The notes below the pieces were generated by a model. It saw only the letters and a program-made list of their open reading frames with translations, was not told the DNA's origin and did not search any database. 64,000 bases of DNA from Octopus sinensis (Eukaryota): NCBI RefSeq assembly GCF_006345805.1, contig NC_043000.1, positions 118,296,001 to 118,360,000 on the forward strand. The letters are read 5' to 3'. This document shows positions 27,625 to 40,380 of this stretch, one piece after another. Positions within the stretch are counted from its first letter, which is position 1. Each line of letters opens with the position of its first letter. The position numbers and the translations under genes were made by a program.

Positions 27625-28347
27625 TATATATGTATATATATATGATGTATATATATATATGTAGATATATATATGTATGTATATATATATAGTATATATA
27701 TATGTATGTATATATATATATGTATATATATGTATGTATATAATATATATGTATATATATATGTATATATATATGTATATATATATGTGTATATAATATA
27801 TGTATATATTATATGTATATATATATATGTATGTATATATATATATGTATATATATATGTATAATATATGTATATATATATAGTATATATAATTATATAT
27901 ATATGTATGTTATATATATATGTATATATATATATGTATTATATATATGTATGTATATTATATATGTATGTATATATATATGTAATATATATGTATATGT
28001 ATATGCATATGTATATATATATGCATGTATAATATATATGTATATATATATGTATGTATATATATAATGTATGTATATATATATATGTATGTATATATAT
28101 ATATGTATGTATATGCATATATATGTATGTATATATATATTGTATGTATATATGCATATGTATGTATGTCTATATATATATATGTATATATATATGCATA
28201 TGTATATATATATATATGTATATATATATGCATGTATATATAATATATCTGTAATATATATGTATTGTATATATATATGTATATATATATATGTATATAT
28301 ATATGTATATATATATGTATATATATATGCATGTATATATATATATG

Positions 28348-28384
<37 letters not shown>

Positions 28385-28440
28385 GTATGTATATATATAT
28401 ATGTATGTATATATATATAGTATGTATATATATATGTATG

Positions 28441-28480
<40 letters not shown>

Positions 28481-28775
28481 TATGTATGTATATATATATA
28501 TGTATGTATATATATATATGTATGTATATATATATGTATATATATATGTATGTATATATATATGTATTATATATATTAGATATAATATATATATATATGT
28601 ATATATATATGTATATATATATATGTATATATATAGATGTATATATATATGTATTATATATATATGTATATATATATATGTATATATATATATGTATATA
28701 TATATTGTATATATATATATGTATATATATATATGTATATATATATATGTATTATATTATGTATATATATATATG

Positions 28776-28806
<31 letters not shown>

Positions 28807-28879
28807 GAGTATATATATATGTATATATATATGTATATATATATGTATATATATATATGTATATATATATATGTATATA

Positions 28880-28920
<41 letters not shown>

Positions 28921-29114
28921 ATATATGTATATATATATATGTATATATATATATGTATATATATATATGTATATATATATATGTATGTATATATATATGT
29001 ATGTATATATATATGTATGTATATATAATATATGTTGTATATATATATGTATGTATATATATATGATGTATATTATATATGTATGTATATAATGTATGTA
29101 TATATATATGTATG

Positions 29115-29161
<47 letters not shown>

Positions 29162-29946
29162 GTATATATAGGTATGTATGTATATATATGTATGTATTAT
29201 TATATATATGTATGTATATATATATATGTATGTATATATATTATGTATGTATTATATAATATGTATGTATATATATATGTATGTATATATATATGTATGT
29301 ATATATATATGTATGTATATATATATGTATGTATATATATATGTATGTATATATATATGTATGTATATATATATATGTATGTAATATATTATGTATGTAT
29401 ATATATATATGTATGTATATATATATATATGTAGTATATATATATGTATGTATATATATATATGTATGTTATGTATATATATGTATATATATATATATGT
29501 ATAATATATGTATGTATGTATAGTATGTATGTATATATATGTATATATATATGTATGTATATAATATATGTATGTATATATGTATAATATATGTATGATA
29601 TATGTATATATATATGTATGTATATATGTATATATGTATGTATATATGTATATATATATGTATGTATATGTATATATATATGTATGTATATATGTATATA
29701 TATATGTATGTATATATGTATATATATATGTATGTATATATGTATATATATGTATATGTATATATGTATATATATATGTATGTATATATGTATGTATATA
29801 TATATGTATATATGTATATGTATGTATATATATATGTATATATGTATATGTATGTATATATGTATGTATATCTGTATGTATATGTATATATGTATGTATA
29901 TATATATATGTATATATATATGTATATATATATATGTATATATATG

Positions 29947-29984
<38 letters not shown>

Positions 29985-30008
29985 TATATGTATACGTATA
30001 TATATATG
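27545..30008. repeat. ~2.5-kb TA/TATG compound microsatellite in an SLCO intron
   Basis: Direct inspection; source of the many spurious Y/I/M/C-rich ORFs. Confidence 0.95.
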
Positions 30009-30023
30009 ACACAAAATGAAATA

Positions 30024-30134
30024 ACAAAACCAAGGCTGTGAGGAGTTTCAGGACATTATAAGGAAAATAGCTGTAAGAAAGACTATATATTTACTTATAA
30101 ATGTCCTGAAAACTCCTCACAGCCTTGGCTTTGT
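30024..30134. repeat. Small hairpin / mini-MITE (~37-bp inverted arms) between TA tracts
   Basis: acaaaaccaaggctgtgaggagtttcaggacattata / tataaatgtcctgaaaactcctcacagccttggctttgt. Confidence 0.85.
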
Positions 30135-30146
30135 ATTCTCATCTTG

Positions 30147-30200
<54 letters not shown>

Positions 30201-30350
30201 ATATATGTATACTAATACAAGGCTCACATTAGACTCCTCACTCATATCACTATCGAACCAAGAGGTTAACTGCGGTCTGTCCATAGCACTTACCTTGCGC
30301 TACCGCCCACTCTTAGGGTCTTCTAGATACCAATACCTCTCATGTATATA

Positions 30351-30386
<36 letters not shown>

Positions 30387-30408
30387 CAAAATATCCATTT
30401 GCTTGCAG

Positions 30409-30473
30409 ATGTATTCCGGATGATCATCGGTCGTATGGATTAGGAATAACCAGTGCAATTGGACGCATAACAG
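30409..30473 (+). CDS. SLCO: SLCO 65-nt exon: CIPDDHRSYGLGITSAIGRIT
   Basis: gcttgcag| acceptor and |gtaaaa donor; phase fits both neighbours; the conserved TM11 Arg is retained. Confidence 0.92.
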
Positions 30474-30515
30474 GTAAAAGCTTATTTTCAGTATAAACTT
30501 GAATGTTTGTTATTC

Positions 30516-31080
30516 GTGGAGGCGCGTGGCTTAGTGGTTAGGGTGTCAGCATCATGATCGTAAGATTGTGGTTTCGATTCCTGGACCGGACGACGCGTTG
30601 TGTTCTTGAGCAAAACCCTTCATTTCACGTTGCTCCAGTCCACTCAGCTGGCAAAAATGAGTAACGCTACGATGGACTGGCGTCCCGTCCAGCTAGGGAA
30701 CACATACGCCATTGAATCTGGGAAACCGGGCCCATGAGCCTGGCTAGGCTGAAAAAGGGCGCATTTATTTGTGGAGGCGCAATGGCCCAGTGGTTAGGGC
30801 AGCGGACTCATGGTCGGAGGATCGCGGTTTCGATTCCCAGACCGGGCGTTGTGTGTGTTTATTGAGTGAAAACACCTAAAGCTCTACGAGGCTCCGGCAG
30901 GGCGTGGTGCCGATTCTGTTGTACTCTTTCGCCACAGCTTTCTCTTACTCTTTCTTCCTGTTTCTTGAGTAACGCTGCGATGGACTGACGTTCCGTCCAG
31001 CTGGGGGGGGGGGGGGGGGGGCACATACGCCACAGAAACCGGAAAACCGGGCCCATGAGCTTGGCTTGAAAAGGGTGAAA
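30516..31080 (+). mobile_element. Two tandem tRNA-headed SINEs (families D/E)
   Basis: gtggaggcgcgtggcttagtggtt...tttcgattcc head at 30516 and a second head at 30769; the first is near-identical to 35691-35940. Confidence 0.85.
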
Positions 31081-32878
31081 AAATATTTGTTATTCAATCT
31101 CAATAGATTTTCACTGCTTATCAAAAACAAATATTTATTCTTGCAAATAAGGCAATCTTTATCACCTCTCTGGTGTTACTGGCTCAAGTTTTCATCTGAT
31201 CTGATAGGAATGTATATTCTTACATTTTCTGGAAGGCAGACGCTCCATCTGAAGGAGCACACTCTGTATTGAGTGCTGGATCTGCTGTGATCGATAATGC
31301 GCAGGCATGTGCTAAAGTAATGGAATCTATAGGTTTCTAAATGGCTAAGAAGTTCCTCACCGCCACCCCCAGTTCATCACTTTGATAGAGCACCAGTTTG
31401 AGCAATTTTGGCAATATTGAGTGCTTCCATATAGACTATTGTTAGTCACTAACAGTTATCTACAGGCGTAGCAATAGGACATGCGGTACGTCAACTCTTC
31501 CGTTCTATCGCCGATTTGTTTACGGCAAGAGTCAGGACGTTTTAAAGGCAAGTTTGCCTTTTATTCTTTTTGGATCGACAAAATAAAGTACCAGCCATGA
31601 ACTAAAGTCGATGTAATTGCTATAACTCTTCCCATCATAATTGCTGCTCTTGTACCAAAATTTGAATCATTAAGGTGGTGTGCTGGCAGAATCGATGGAT
31701 CTTTGAAAAAAATACATGGCAAGTATTTTTTCGATGCATTATGTTTTTAGTTTGCTTTCTTGATAGCGCTCCTCGATACAACCATTCTTGATGAAAAGGT
31801 AACTAAATGTTTTTCCATAGCTTTTCTGTTTTCGCTTCCAAGTTTCGCTAGAGACTAATTTGGTTGTTCTTTTCATCACTCTTGAATGAATGCAATACAT
31901 GGATATCAAGCCAACGAGTGATTCGAGAGAGAGAGAGAGAGAGAGAGAATTTCTTTATTCACCATAAGGTTGAGAAAAAAGAGGGGACGTTATGAGGACA
32001 GACAAAACAAACATTGGGGTCAGGGTATCGAATGAGATGAAACGTATGATTAAACAAACAATTAAAATATATACAATTAAATGAGAATGAGTGATTTACA
32101 AAAAAGGAAGCGGAGAACGCGGTCGACCCCACAAACCACATACTCACACTGAAGACTTTGTTTTCTCCTTTTTTATATTCTCATTTAAACAGGTTCTTTC
32201 ACTCGCAACATACTTGTTATATACTTCCATCTTTTACGAAACACACTTTCCGACAGGCATTTCTTCTCCAGCGTTATTTTTCGTTTCATGTGGAAAACGA
32301 AAAAGTCGATTAGCTCGAGACTGGAGATGAACATGCCTGTTGCAATTCCTTTCACCCTCGTCTTCCATACTACCTCTTTTGCTACAGCAACTACCGAGAG
32401 AAAACAGGCTCGCTCCTCCCTATTCAGGAAGGTCGGCGGAACGATCTTAATTACAGATTCGCTCGACAGTTGTACTCTTCTCGAATGCGACAGAGAGAGA
32501 GAGAGAGAGAGAGAGTAGCAAATTTCATTGCTCTCAAATCACATTTTAATGTCTTGAAGAAAAGACACATTTAATCTTGTAGCCTTAGATGTACCACAGC
32601 TTAGTTACTATTCGAAAAATTTTGATCATAATCATATCTGACCTGGGTTAAGCAATAACAAGATGGCTATTGATTTGTCTTCTGAATCTTTCATCTACTA
32701 GAATTGGCTTTGTATCTAGAAGAGAGTAAAAAGTTCACAGCTCCAAAACCAGACTCTCACCCTGCCCTTGGTTGATTTTAGAAATTCTTGAAATCAAAAC
32801 GTAGTATGTGAGCTCAATTCTAAACACATTTGTTTCTTAGAAAATTACTATTTTTAAATCTCACAAGGAGAGATATTC

Positions 32879-32925
32879 ATCTGTGCTGATGAAGGGAAAT
32901 AACCCGAAAATCGCGATACACAGAT
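32879..32925 (+). ncRNA. Minimal type-I hammerhead ribozyme motif, sense strand of the last SLCO intron
   Basis: AUCUGUG-CUGAUGA-A-GGG(aaauaa)CCC-GAAA-AUCGCGAU-A-CACAGAU: 7-bp stem I and an 8-nt palindromic stem III; the core has an extra A. Confidence 0.75.
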
Positions 32926-34025
32926 ATTGTTTTAAACTGAGTGGAGGTGCTAGATTCCCTTGTTCGAAAATATAAGGGCGTAGATCGTGTCGTACAGCCA
33001 GCTGGAGACGATGTCTCCTGGGGCTAAATTACAGCAACATTTGTCCTAAACCAGGACTGCCATGTTATGTTTGCAAACAATCTTTACTCCACGTTTGTTT
33101 CTATTTTACTTTAGTTTTATTGCTAATATTTTATATTCCTTTGCCGCTTCAAAGCATTTTCATAAGTTTGTTTGAAACATCCATGCTTGTTTTCCGGCTT
33201 TTAATTATCCCTGGTTTCATATGTTCAGTGTAATATAAAGCTTTCCTCTCATAATCCCAAGTGTTGTATAAAAAAATAAAAAGGAAATATGTATCCTCTA
33301 GGATGCGTTGACGCCAGGGAAATATGTTTTGTGTATCACATGCAATATACATCACAGGCAGTGCGTGAAGACGAGAGTTAATTTATCCATTGCTAGTAAT
33401 TCAAATTGTTACTTTATGTAAGAAATTTTTTATTTTGCAGTATATGATAACAAAAATAAAGGTATCGAGAAAGGACAGCGTATAACATGACTTAAATGTA
33501 AATCTCATGGTACATAGAATGCTTCGTAGTATTTATTCCGGTCTCTGCGGTTTGAGTTCAAATCCTGTCAATATTAGTTTTGCCTTTCATCATTTCGGAG
33601 TCGATAAAAAAGTACCACTCCTAAGCGGAAGATTGATGGTGATAGTGTTAGGGTGTCGGGTGAGATATCTTGTAGTATTTACTCCGGTGCTTTGTATTCT
33701 GACCATAATCCTTGCGAGACACTGGTGCCTAGCTGTGTCGGTCTAAGTCGGTAGCGGGGAGAAGGGAGACTTGTATGCAAGTAGGGGACTGCCAGTCTTC
33801 TACAATAACTTTTGCCCAAACCTTTCTATTCATAAAGTCTACGGATGAAGGTCCTGTGAATGAATTTGTAATGTACATCGACAAACCACGGGTTGCGATT
33901 CTTAACGGAGTAATATACTCAATTTGAAAAAAAAAAAAAAAAAACGTTAGAACAAATAAACGGCATCCTTCAAAATTACATGTTTCATTTACTTCACCTT
34001 TTCAGATAAATGTATCATTAATGGA

Positions 34026-34441
34026 GCTCTATCATTCCACCACCGCTCATATCTCTCTGAGATATTTAGAAATTTAATATTTCTAATATTGGTGATCAGT
34101 GAATAAACTTCACTGACAAAACATATATATATATGGTTACATAGCCTAGACAGGTATCTTCAGCTAGCAGGCTCTGCTAATCCAGACTGATGACGAGCAA
34201 CTCAGAAACATGTCTCTGGATTCGAGTCTAGCTGTTGGGGGTGCTTGTCTCCCTTTGTAAACACAAGGACAGAGGAAATGTGTCAAGGCCTACAGGAAGC
34301 GTTTGTGCTTCCTAGGGTTAAATAGCAGTGGTGTAATTCCCTTTATGGGACTGTCACGTTAAGTTGACAGTATACAACTGCTCTATCGTTCCACCACCGC
34401 TCATATCTCTCTGAGATATTTAGAAATTTAATATTTCTAAT
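34026..34441 (+). mobile_element. Retrozyme/PLE-pLTR-like unit: 354-bp monomer plus a 62-bp terminal direct repeat
   Basis: 34026-34087 matches 34380-34441 with one mismatch; the hammerhead lies between them. Confidence 0.6.
34179..34222 (+). ncRNA. Minimal type-I hammerhead ribozyme motif with a GUC cleavage site, sense strand of the last SLCO intron
   Basis: AAUCCAGA-CUGAUGA-cGAG(caa)CUCa-GAAA-CAUG-UC|UCUGGAUU: perfect 8-bp stem I and an ACAUGU palindrome; the stem II closing pair is C.A. Confidence 0.85.
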
Positions 34442-34730
34442 TTTGTATCATCAATCCTTTCTACATAAGATATAAGGCTTAACATTTTGTGGGAAGACCT
34501 AGTCGTCTACAAAGATTCCAGCGCTCAATTGGTACTCATTTCAACGACTTCCGAAAGGTTGAAAGGTAAAGTCAACCTCGGCGGAATTTGAACTAAGAAC
34601 ATAAAGACGAACAAAATACTTCTAAGCATTTTGTCCGGCGTATGCAACCTACTTTTCGATTAATAATAATTTTTTAAACTGTTTTTATAAGTACCATGTT
34701 GTTTCAGCATTTAAAATTTATTCTTTTCAG

Positions 34731-35032
34731 GTACATTCCCAGGTCCGATATTGTTTGGAGTCGCCATTGACCAAGCTTGTAAAGTGTGGAAAGATTCTTG
34801 TTCTGAGGGTGACACATCTTGTTGGATTTACCAAAAGGAAACATTATCTCGTAATTTCTTCTTGCTAACTGTCATTGTACGTTTATTTACCGTTCTGTTT
34901 CTTGTCATTGCGAAATGCCTTTATAAGCCACCTACTTCAGCAACTAAAACAAACATTCAACACGAAATTACGGTTAATGTAATCCCCGTCGACAAAAGCC
35001 ACGATAATGAAGCCTTCTCTTCACATCTTTGA
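34731..35032 (+). CDS. SLCO: SLCO terminal coding exon: GTFPGPILFGVAIDQACKVWKDSCSEGDTSCWIY...FSSHL*
   Basis: ttcttttcag| acceptor; PGPILFG-x2-ID-x2-C-x2-W...C-W-IY motif; TGA at 35030-35032. Confidence 0.95.
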
Positions 35033-35172
35033 GATAATTTCTTCGATTCGCCTTCCATTCCAACAACATTAAATATAAATGCAATTTTGTACATAAGCGT
35101 GCTGTAATAATTTGACTCGTAATATATTCATATTTTATTTTTGTTATTCTCTGTTATAAAAAAATATTTTTT

Positions 35173-35178
35173 ATTAAA
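35173..35178 (+). promoter_or_regulatory. Possible variant polyadenylation signal (ATTAAA) of the SLCO gene
   Basis: ATTAAA about 140 nt after the stop, followed by T-rich sequence; position only, no transcript support. Confidence 0.25.
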
Positions 35179-35978
35179 GATTTCTATTTTTTGTAAATAT
35201 TGATTTTTCTGATATAAAACATTGTATAAAATGATTTTCACAAATATTTAACGTGTTGAGGACAACCATTCTTGATGAAAAGGTAGAGCAGGTGATTATA
35301 TACTTTTACATAGTTTTTCTGTTTTCGGTTCCAAGTTTCGCCAGAGACTAATTTGGTGGTTCTTTTCATCACAAGAGATATATTTTCGTGAGAAAGACAG
35401 GGAGAGAGAGAGAGAGAGAGCAGCAAATTTCATTGCCCTCAAATCACATTTTAATGTCCTGAAGACTTGTAGCCTTAGATGTACGACAGCTTAGTTACTA
35501 TTCGAAAACTATCTGACTTGGGTTAAGCAATAACAAAATGGCTATTGATCTATTTTCTGAATGACTCATCTACTAGAATTGGCTTTGTATCTAGAAGAGA
35601 GTAAAAATTCGATATTAAATGTATTTGGAGAGCATCATGTAACAAGAAGTCAAAGCTATTCGAAATTAGCTGGGCTCACAGATTTAATGTGGAGGCGCGT
35701 GGCTTAGTGGTTAGGGTGTCAGCACCATGATCGTAAGATTGAGGTTTCGATTCCTGGACCGGGTGATGCGTTGTGTTCTTGAGCAAAACCCTCCATTTCA
35801 CGTTGCTCCAGTTCACTCAGCTGGCAAAAATGAGTAACGCTGCGATGGACTGGCGTCACGTCCAGCTGGGGAACACATACGCCATAGAAACCGGGAAACC
35901 GGGCCCATGAGCCTGGCTAAGCTTTAAAAGAGCGCATTTATTTATTTATTTTACAGATTTAATATGAAAACAAAACTA

Positions 35979-36790
35979 CAAGGGTGGGCCGAAAAGTTAA
36001 TAGGTTGACCATAAAGAGTGACGCTAAAGCTGTGAAATCTTGCATGCATTAATTTCAACTCTTCTTATTAATAACTGTATTGTTTTCTGCCAGGTAAACT
36101 GACATCTGACGGTCCAAAGAAGAATTCAAATGTAACTAGTAGCGACTTTCTTGAAAATGGACAAAATTTGGCATCGTGGTGTTATCAAATACCTACAGGA
36201 AAATGATTTAACTCCCCAACAACATTCATGCTGACATGGTTGTTACTTTAGGGGATGACCTTTTAGCTTTATCAACAGTGCAAGAGTGGACAGCTGAATT
36301 TAAGAGAGGAAGGGAGAGTCTCGAAGCTGGCTCAAGGTGTGGACGTCCTGCAACTGCCACCACCCATCGATTGACTTACAAATCAAATAGCCAATACTGT
36401 TAGCATATCCCGTGGGTGAGCTGAGAATATTGTGCACGGTGGATTTGGCATGACGAAGTTTTCTGTTCGGTTGTTGCCACGTCACCTGACACCAGATCAA
36501 AAGCGCACTAGACTGATCATACCATGGGAGAAAATCTGACATTGACTGAAGCAGATCCAGCTGGTTTCTTTGAACGTTTCCTAATCCAGGATGAGTGTTG
36601 GGTTCATTACTTTAAGCCAGAGACAGCCAATCCAAGCAATGGTAACACCCCTCTTCATCTGTAGGGAAGGTGATGGCCTCAGTTTTTTGGGATGCAAAAG
36701 GCATTGTGTTCATTGACTATTTTCAAAAGGGCCACACCACTGAGGCAGTTACGAAAGGCTATCAAGACCAAATGCCCGGGAAAACTGATT
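35979..36790 (+). mobile_element. 3'-truncated, decayed mariner transposon
   Basis: TA then caagggtgggccgaaaagt TIR; MDKIWHRGVIKYL (ATG at 36157)...EFKRGRESLE...GRPATA; TKFSVRLLPRHLTPDQKR; ERFLIQDECWVHY; KVMASVFWDAKGIVFIDY. Confidence 0.88.
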
Positions 36791-37114
36791 GCATATTTGT
36801 GCCTTAGATAGTTTGCCGTAAATAAAAATGAATATTTCTTTTATCGCAAATCGCAAAAACTGAAACAGACGTATATATCCATGTATGCATACTCTTTTTA
36901 CTCTTTTACTTGTTTCAGTCATTTGACTGCGGCCATGCTGGAGCACCGCCTTTAATCGAGCAACTCGACCCCGGTACTTATTCTTTTGTAAGCCCAGTAC
37001 TTATTCTACTGGGCTCTTTTTGCCGAATCGCTAAGTAACGGGGACATAAACACACCAGCATCAGTTGTCAAGCAATGCTAGGGGGACAAACACAGGCACA
37101 CAAACACACACACG

Positions 37115-37146
<32 letters not shown>

Positions 37147-40089
37147 AATATACGATTGGCTTCTTTCAGTTTCCGTCTACCAAATCCACTCACAAGGCTT
37201 TGGTCGGTAGTAGAAGACACTTTCCCAAGGTGCCACGCAGTGGGACTGAACCCGGAACCATGTGGTTGGTAAACAAGCTACTTACCACATAGCCACTCCT
37301 GCGCCTATATATATATATATGGGAAATTAGACGACAACATGATACACGGAATATTCGCAGCTGAGTTTTCCTCTTCAGTCAAAGACGCAAAATATCATAG
37401 CAGCTTCACGCCAATATATATATATATATTGCAAAACTTCAAAATGAGACTCAAAAACAACGATTTCCATAACGTGAAGAGATATAAGCAAACTACTTGA
37501 CGGGATAGGATAAGATTTGATAAAAATAATTAACAATTTCTGGAAGTGAGATAAGAAGAGGACACACAGTAATAAGGAAGCAAAAAACGGAGAATCTTAC
37601 CTCTCACAATATAGAAGTCTTTCTCATAGCACCAGTGGACAAAATGGAAAAGTCGTTGCCCCGGAGGATGGCGAAAGAGATGCTCTTAAACAGCCACTCT
37701 GACTGACGGAGCTAGTACTTGCGGACACCAATGTCCGCCCCGATAGCGGTGAGCAGGGATATGGTCCAGGGCCAAGAACGCTGGATGTCTCAACTGCTTA
37801 GAAGCATGATTTCAGATGCTTAACGCAGCAATATAAAAAAAAAAGCAGGTAAATAGAGCGAAAAAGATAATTCACAAATTTTCGAATGTGATTAATGAGA
37901 AATAACGAAAAATATTGTAATGGGAATAAAGTATATTATTTTATTTTTTATTATTTCCTTGAAGGAAGGCACCGAACTGGTAGAATCGTCAGCGCGTCGA
38001 TCAAAATGCTTAACAGTGTTTCAGGCGGCGAGCTGGCAGAAACGTTAGCACGCCGAGCGAAATGCTTTGCGGTGTTTCGTCTGCCGTTATGTTCCGAGTT
38101 CAAATTCCGCCGAGGTCGACTTTGCTTTTCATCATTTCGAGGTCGATAAATTAAGTACCAGTTACACACCGGGGTCGATGTAATCGACTTAATACCTATG
38201 TCTGTCCTTGTTTGTCCCCTCTATGTTTAGCCCCTTGTGGGTAGTAAAGAAATAGGTATTTCAAGCAGCGAGCTGGCAGAAACGTTAGCACGCCGGGCGA
38301 AATGCTTAGCGGTATTTCGTCTGCCGCAACGTTCTGAGTTCAAATTCCGCCGAGGTCGACTTTGTCTGTCATCCTTTCGGGGTCGATAAATTAAGTACCA
38401 GTTATGCACTGGGATCGATATAATCGACTTAATCCGTTTGTCTGTCCTTGTTTGTCCCCTCTGTGTTCAGCCCCTTGTGGGTAGTAAAGAAATAGGCATT
38501 TGTCTGTGTTTACGTTCTGAGTTCGAATTTCACCGAGATCGGTTTTATATTTCATCCTTTCGGGGTTAATAAAATAAGTACTTGTCCAACACTGGAGTCG
38601 ATGTAATTCGACTATACCTCTCCCTCCGGATTTATGGCTTTGTGCTTATAGAAGAAAGGATTGTTTCTTTTCAGGAAGGCTCCGATCTGCCAGAATCGCT
38701 AGCATGTCAGACAAAATGTCCGGTAACATCTCATCCGATACATTATGCTCTGAGTTCAAATTCCGCCTGGGGCAACTTTGTTTATCATATTTATAAAGTA
38801 CCAGTCAAGTACTGGGGTTGATATAATCCAGTAACCCCCTCCACCTAAAATGCTGGCCTTGTGCCAAAATTTGGAAGCACTTTCCCGTAAATCAAATCCT
38901 GCCTAGATCGTCTTTGCTTCATCCTTTTGGGATCGATAAAATAAAGTACCAGTCGACTATTGGAGTAGATAGTATCGACTAAACCACTTTCCTCAAAATT
39001 GCAGGCCTTGTGCTAAAATTTGAAACCATTATTTCCTTTAATGAGCTGGCAAGATCGATAACGTGTCGAACAAAACGCTTAGCCTATTTCTTCAGACACA
39101 TTTCGTTCTGACTCCATATCCCACCGTGGGCAATATTGCCTTTCACCCTTTCGGGTTCGGTATAATAAACAACCAATCAAATACTAGAGTGACTGTAATC
39201 GACTAAACACCTCCAGTCAAAAATTGCTGGCTTTGTGCCAAAATTTGAAAGCATTATTTCCTTTAAACATGTTCGAGAATAATTGCCGAATTGTCTCCCT
39301 TGATCAATTCGTCTATTTAATACATTTTTCTACTCCAGGCACAAAACCTGATTTTCTTTTTGTGGGAGCAGTCAATTACATCGACCCCAGTGCGTAACTG
39401 GTACTTAATTTATCGACCCCGAAAGGATGAAAGGCAAAGTCGACCTCGGCGGAATTTGAACTCAGATCGTAACGGCAGACGAAATACCGCTACGCTTTTC
39501 GCCCGGCTTGCTAACGTTTCTGCCAGCTCACCGCCTTTCTGTACCGAAGACCATTCACATTTTGATGAAACACGGACTTATCCAGCCAATGAAGCATTTA
39601 TGCCATCTTAAAATTGTTTTCCAACCATATATTGAATGTTTGTCTGGAGCATTGTCTACGCACAAGTACACAGGCATAAACATTTATATGTAAATAAACA
39701 CACACACACACACGTATATATATACTTAGAACGTTGTTTGTCATAGCCGGCCGGAGAGTGGCTATTGGTTTCGCATCTACAAAACTCTTAGCGGTATTGG
39801 TGACTCGTCTTACTTGTTAGTTGGAGGCACATAACCACTCCACAAAGGGTGGAAGGAATACATCTTGGTCAGTTAGGGTTGTAAACAAAAAAATCCCCAA
39901 ATGAAATTCTACAGGTCGACAAAACTTTTGGGCGTGATGGAGTTATCCCTTTAGATCGGTCCCAGTTGCGTCTAAAAGGGGCCGTATATGGACGATTACT
40001 TTTCCCTAGTCGGAGAATTTCATGTTTTCAATATGAATTTCCTCTGATGAGGGCACCGAATAAACAACTCTTTTGTTATTATTATTTTT

Positions 40090-40380
40090 TTGGAGTTTAA
40101 GACACTCCCGGGGTCAAGAGAGTTTTTCAGGATTTTTGCAAACTTACACCGTTTTATCTCGTTGATGTGCGGTACCAGTTGTTATAGGGACTTTCCATTT
40201 AATTACGTATGTTGTACCCTCCTCTTTTAAACGCCATACGTAGGTGGCCAAGGACGTGATGTTGCGCCTCTCTGGTATCTGACGTTGTTTGAACGGACCC
40301 TCTGTAGTTTCAACATATTTCCGTGTCTGTGCCCTTGTGCTGGAGATATTGCAGCTGTTGTTGCGCCGGGTTTACTAATT
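40090..40380 (-). mobile_element. Decayed Penelope-like GIY-YIG remnant
   Basis: KYVETTEGPFKQR; TSLATYVWRLKEEGTTYVIKWKV; ...DPGSVLNSK, across frameshifts. Confidence 0.7.

Noticed and set aside
30516-30600. SINE heads called as tRNA genes
   Set aside because: They have A/B boxes but no acceptor stem and continue into SINE bodies.
40044-40065. CTGATGA-GGGCACC-GAAT
   Set aside because: GAAT instead of GAAA, no stem III and no stem I partner.
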